Assembly (NCBI GenBank): GCA_963737065.1
Contig: CAVTRC010000001.1
Span: 160,001-224,000, forward strand
Direction of reading: 5' to 3'
DNA length: 64,000 bases
Source of the DNA: Candidatus Eremiobacteria bacterium
GTDB taxonomy: Bacteria; Vulcanimicrobiota; Vulcanimicrobiia; Vulcanimicrobiales; Vulcanimicrobiaceae
Part shown: in pieces, positions 63,459 to 64,000 of the stretch
How positions within the stretch are numbered: the stretch's first letter is position 1
How the letters are laid out: every line of letters begins with the position of its first letter
Program-made: the position numbers and the translations under genes
The notes under the pieces: generated by a model
The model's input: only the letters and a program-made list of their open reading frames with translations
Told to the model about the DNA's origin: nothing
Database searches by the model: none

Positions 63459-63888
63459 ACGTCGACCCTCCTTCGCCGCCCGCTACACTGCGCTGCGCGT
63501 GCTTCATGACCTTGAACTGCCCGACGGCCATGTTCCACGTCTCGCGGTAGTCACGGAAATACGGCAACAAGCGCTCGACGCGGCTCGCGTCCTTCTGCAT
63601 GTTCGCCATCACGAGTTCGTGATGCCAGAATTCGTAGACGCGGAAGAGATTTTTTGAGAGGTCGCCGCCGATCTCCATATCGAGCGATCCCATCAGCAAA
63701 CTGCACGCGCGCTGCGCGCGGAGCAGCGCCTTGTGAATGCCGGTGATATCGTCGCGGTCGCTCGTCAGTTTCTCGAACGCTTGTTGTCCCGCGATAATGA
63801 GCACGTCGAAGATCTTGACGATCAAGTCTTCTTTCGACGCGGTCGCGATCGACGTCTCGAGATATTTCTGTTCGACGGATGCCTTCAT
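63442..63888 (-). CDS. fliS: Flagellin export chaperone FliS
   Basis: Y....I.TAS..DL...., SLDMEIGGDLSKNLFRVYEF, L..ANMQKD and RETW. Confidence 0.9.
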   Translation of the reverse strand: MKASVEQKYLETSIATASKEDLIVKIFDVLIIAGQQAFEKLTSDRDDITGIHKALLRAQRACSLLMGSLDMEIGGDLSKNLFRVYEFWHHELVMANMQKDASRVERLLPYFRDYRETWNMAVGQFKVMKHAQRSVAGGEGGSTFAAVG

Positions 63889-63894
63889 GAGACG

Positions 63895-64000
63895 TTAAGC
63901 GCCGCTGCTCTGGCTGAAAAAGCCGGAAAGCTGCTGTTGCAGCGATTGATAGACCGCCAATTGACCTTCCGTTGAAGTGAACTCGGTACGGAGTTGATCC
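63895..64000 (-). CDS. fliD: Flagellar filament cap FliD, C-terminal fragment
   Basis: Translated by hand as DQLRTEFTSTEGQLAVYQSLQQQLSGFFSQSSGA*, immediately upstream of fliS. Confidence 0.7.
   Translation of the reverse strand, partial: DQLRTEFTSTEGQLAVYQSLQQQLSGFFSQSSGA

Overview
A GC-rich bacterial chromosomal segment of about 58 genes. It encodes an outer-membrane TonB-dependent receptor and flagellar genes together with Terrabacteria-like traits (short EF-Ts, Amj flippase, stalk-domain proteins). This combination tentatively suggests a diderm Terrabacteria lineage such as Vulcanimicrobiota/Eremiobacterota, which is an inference only. Housekeeping blocks are rpmE-prfA-prmC-pyrG, leuCD-like genes, glpX-nadE-cinA, proS, and rpsB-tsf-pyrH-frr-(uppS relic)-cdsA-dxr-rseP-ispG. 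The right end holds fliD (partial) and fliS. The most notable observations are: (1) a 23-bp dispersed REP-like element in 4 copies, 3 of them translated in frame as PST(G/S)SGQ inside RF1, Dxr and IspG, plus other palindromic inserts in coding sequence; (2) a LuxE-like/LuxC-like/class III aminotransferase/oxidoreductase operon with no luciferase, whose luxE-luxC junction is a 53-bp tandem hairpin repeat; (3) a heavily decayed uppS relic in the canonical frr-cdsA slot; (4) a viosamine, ATP-grasp, methyltransferase, PAPS and sulfotransferase glycan island next to the flagellar cap genes; (5) a two-gene NAD synthetase and a frameshifted SDR. I found no rRNA, tRNA, CRISPR array, transposase or integrase. 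Several start codons were re-assigned by eye from the ORF track.
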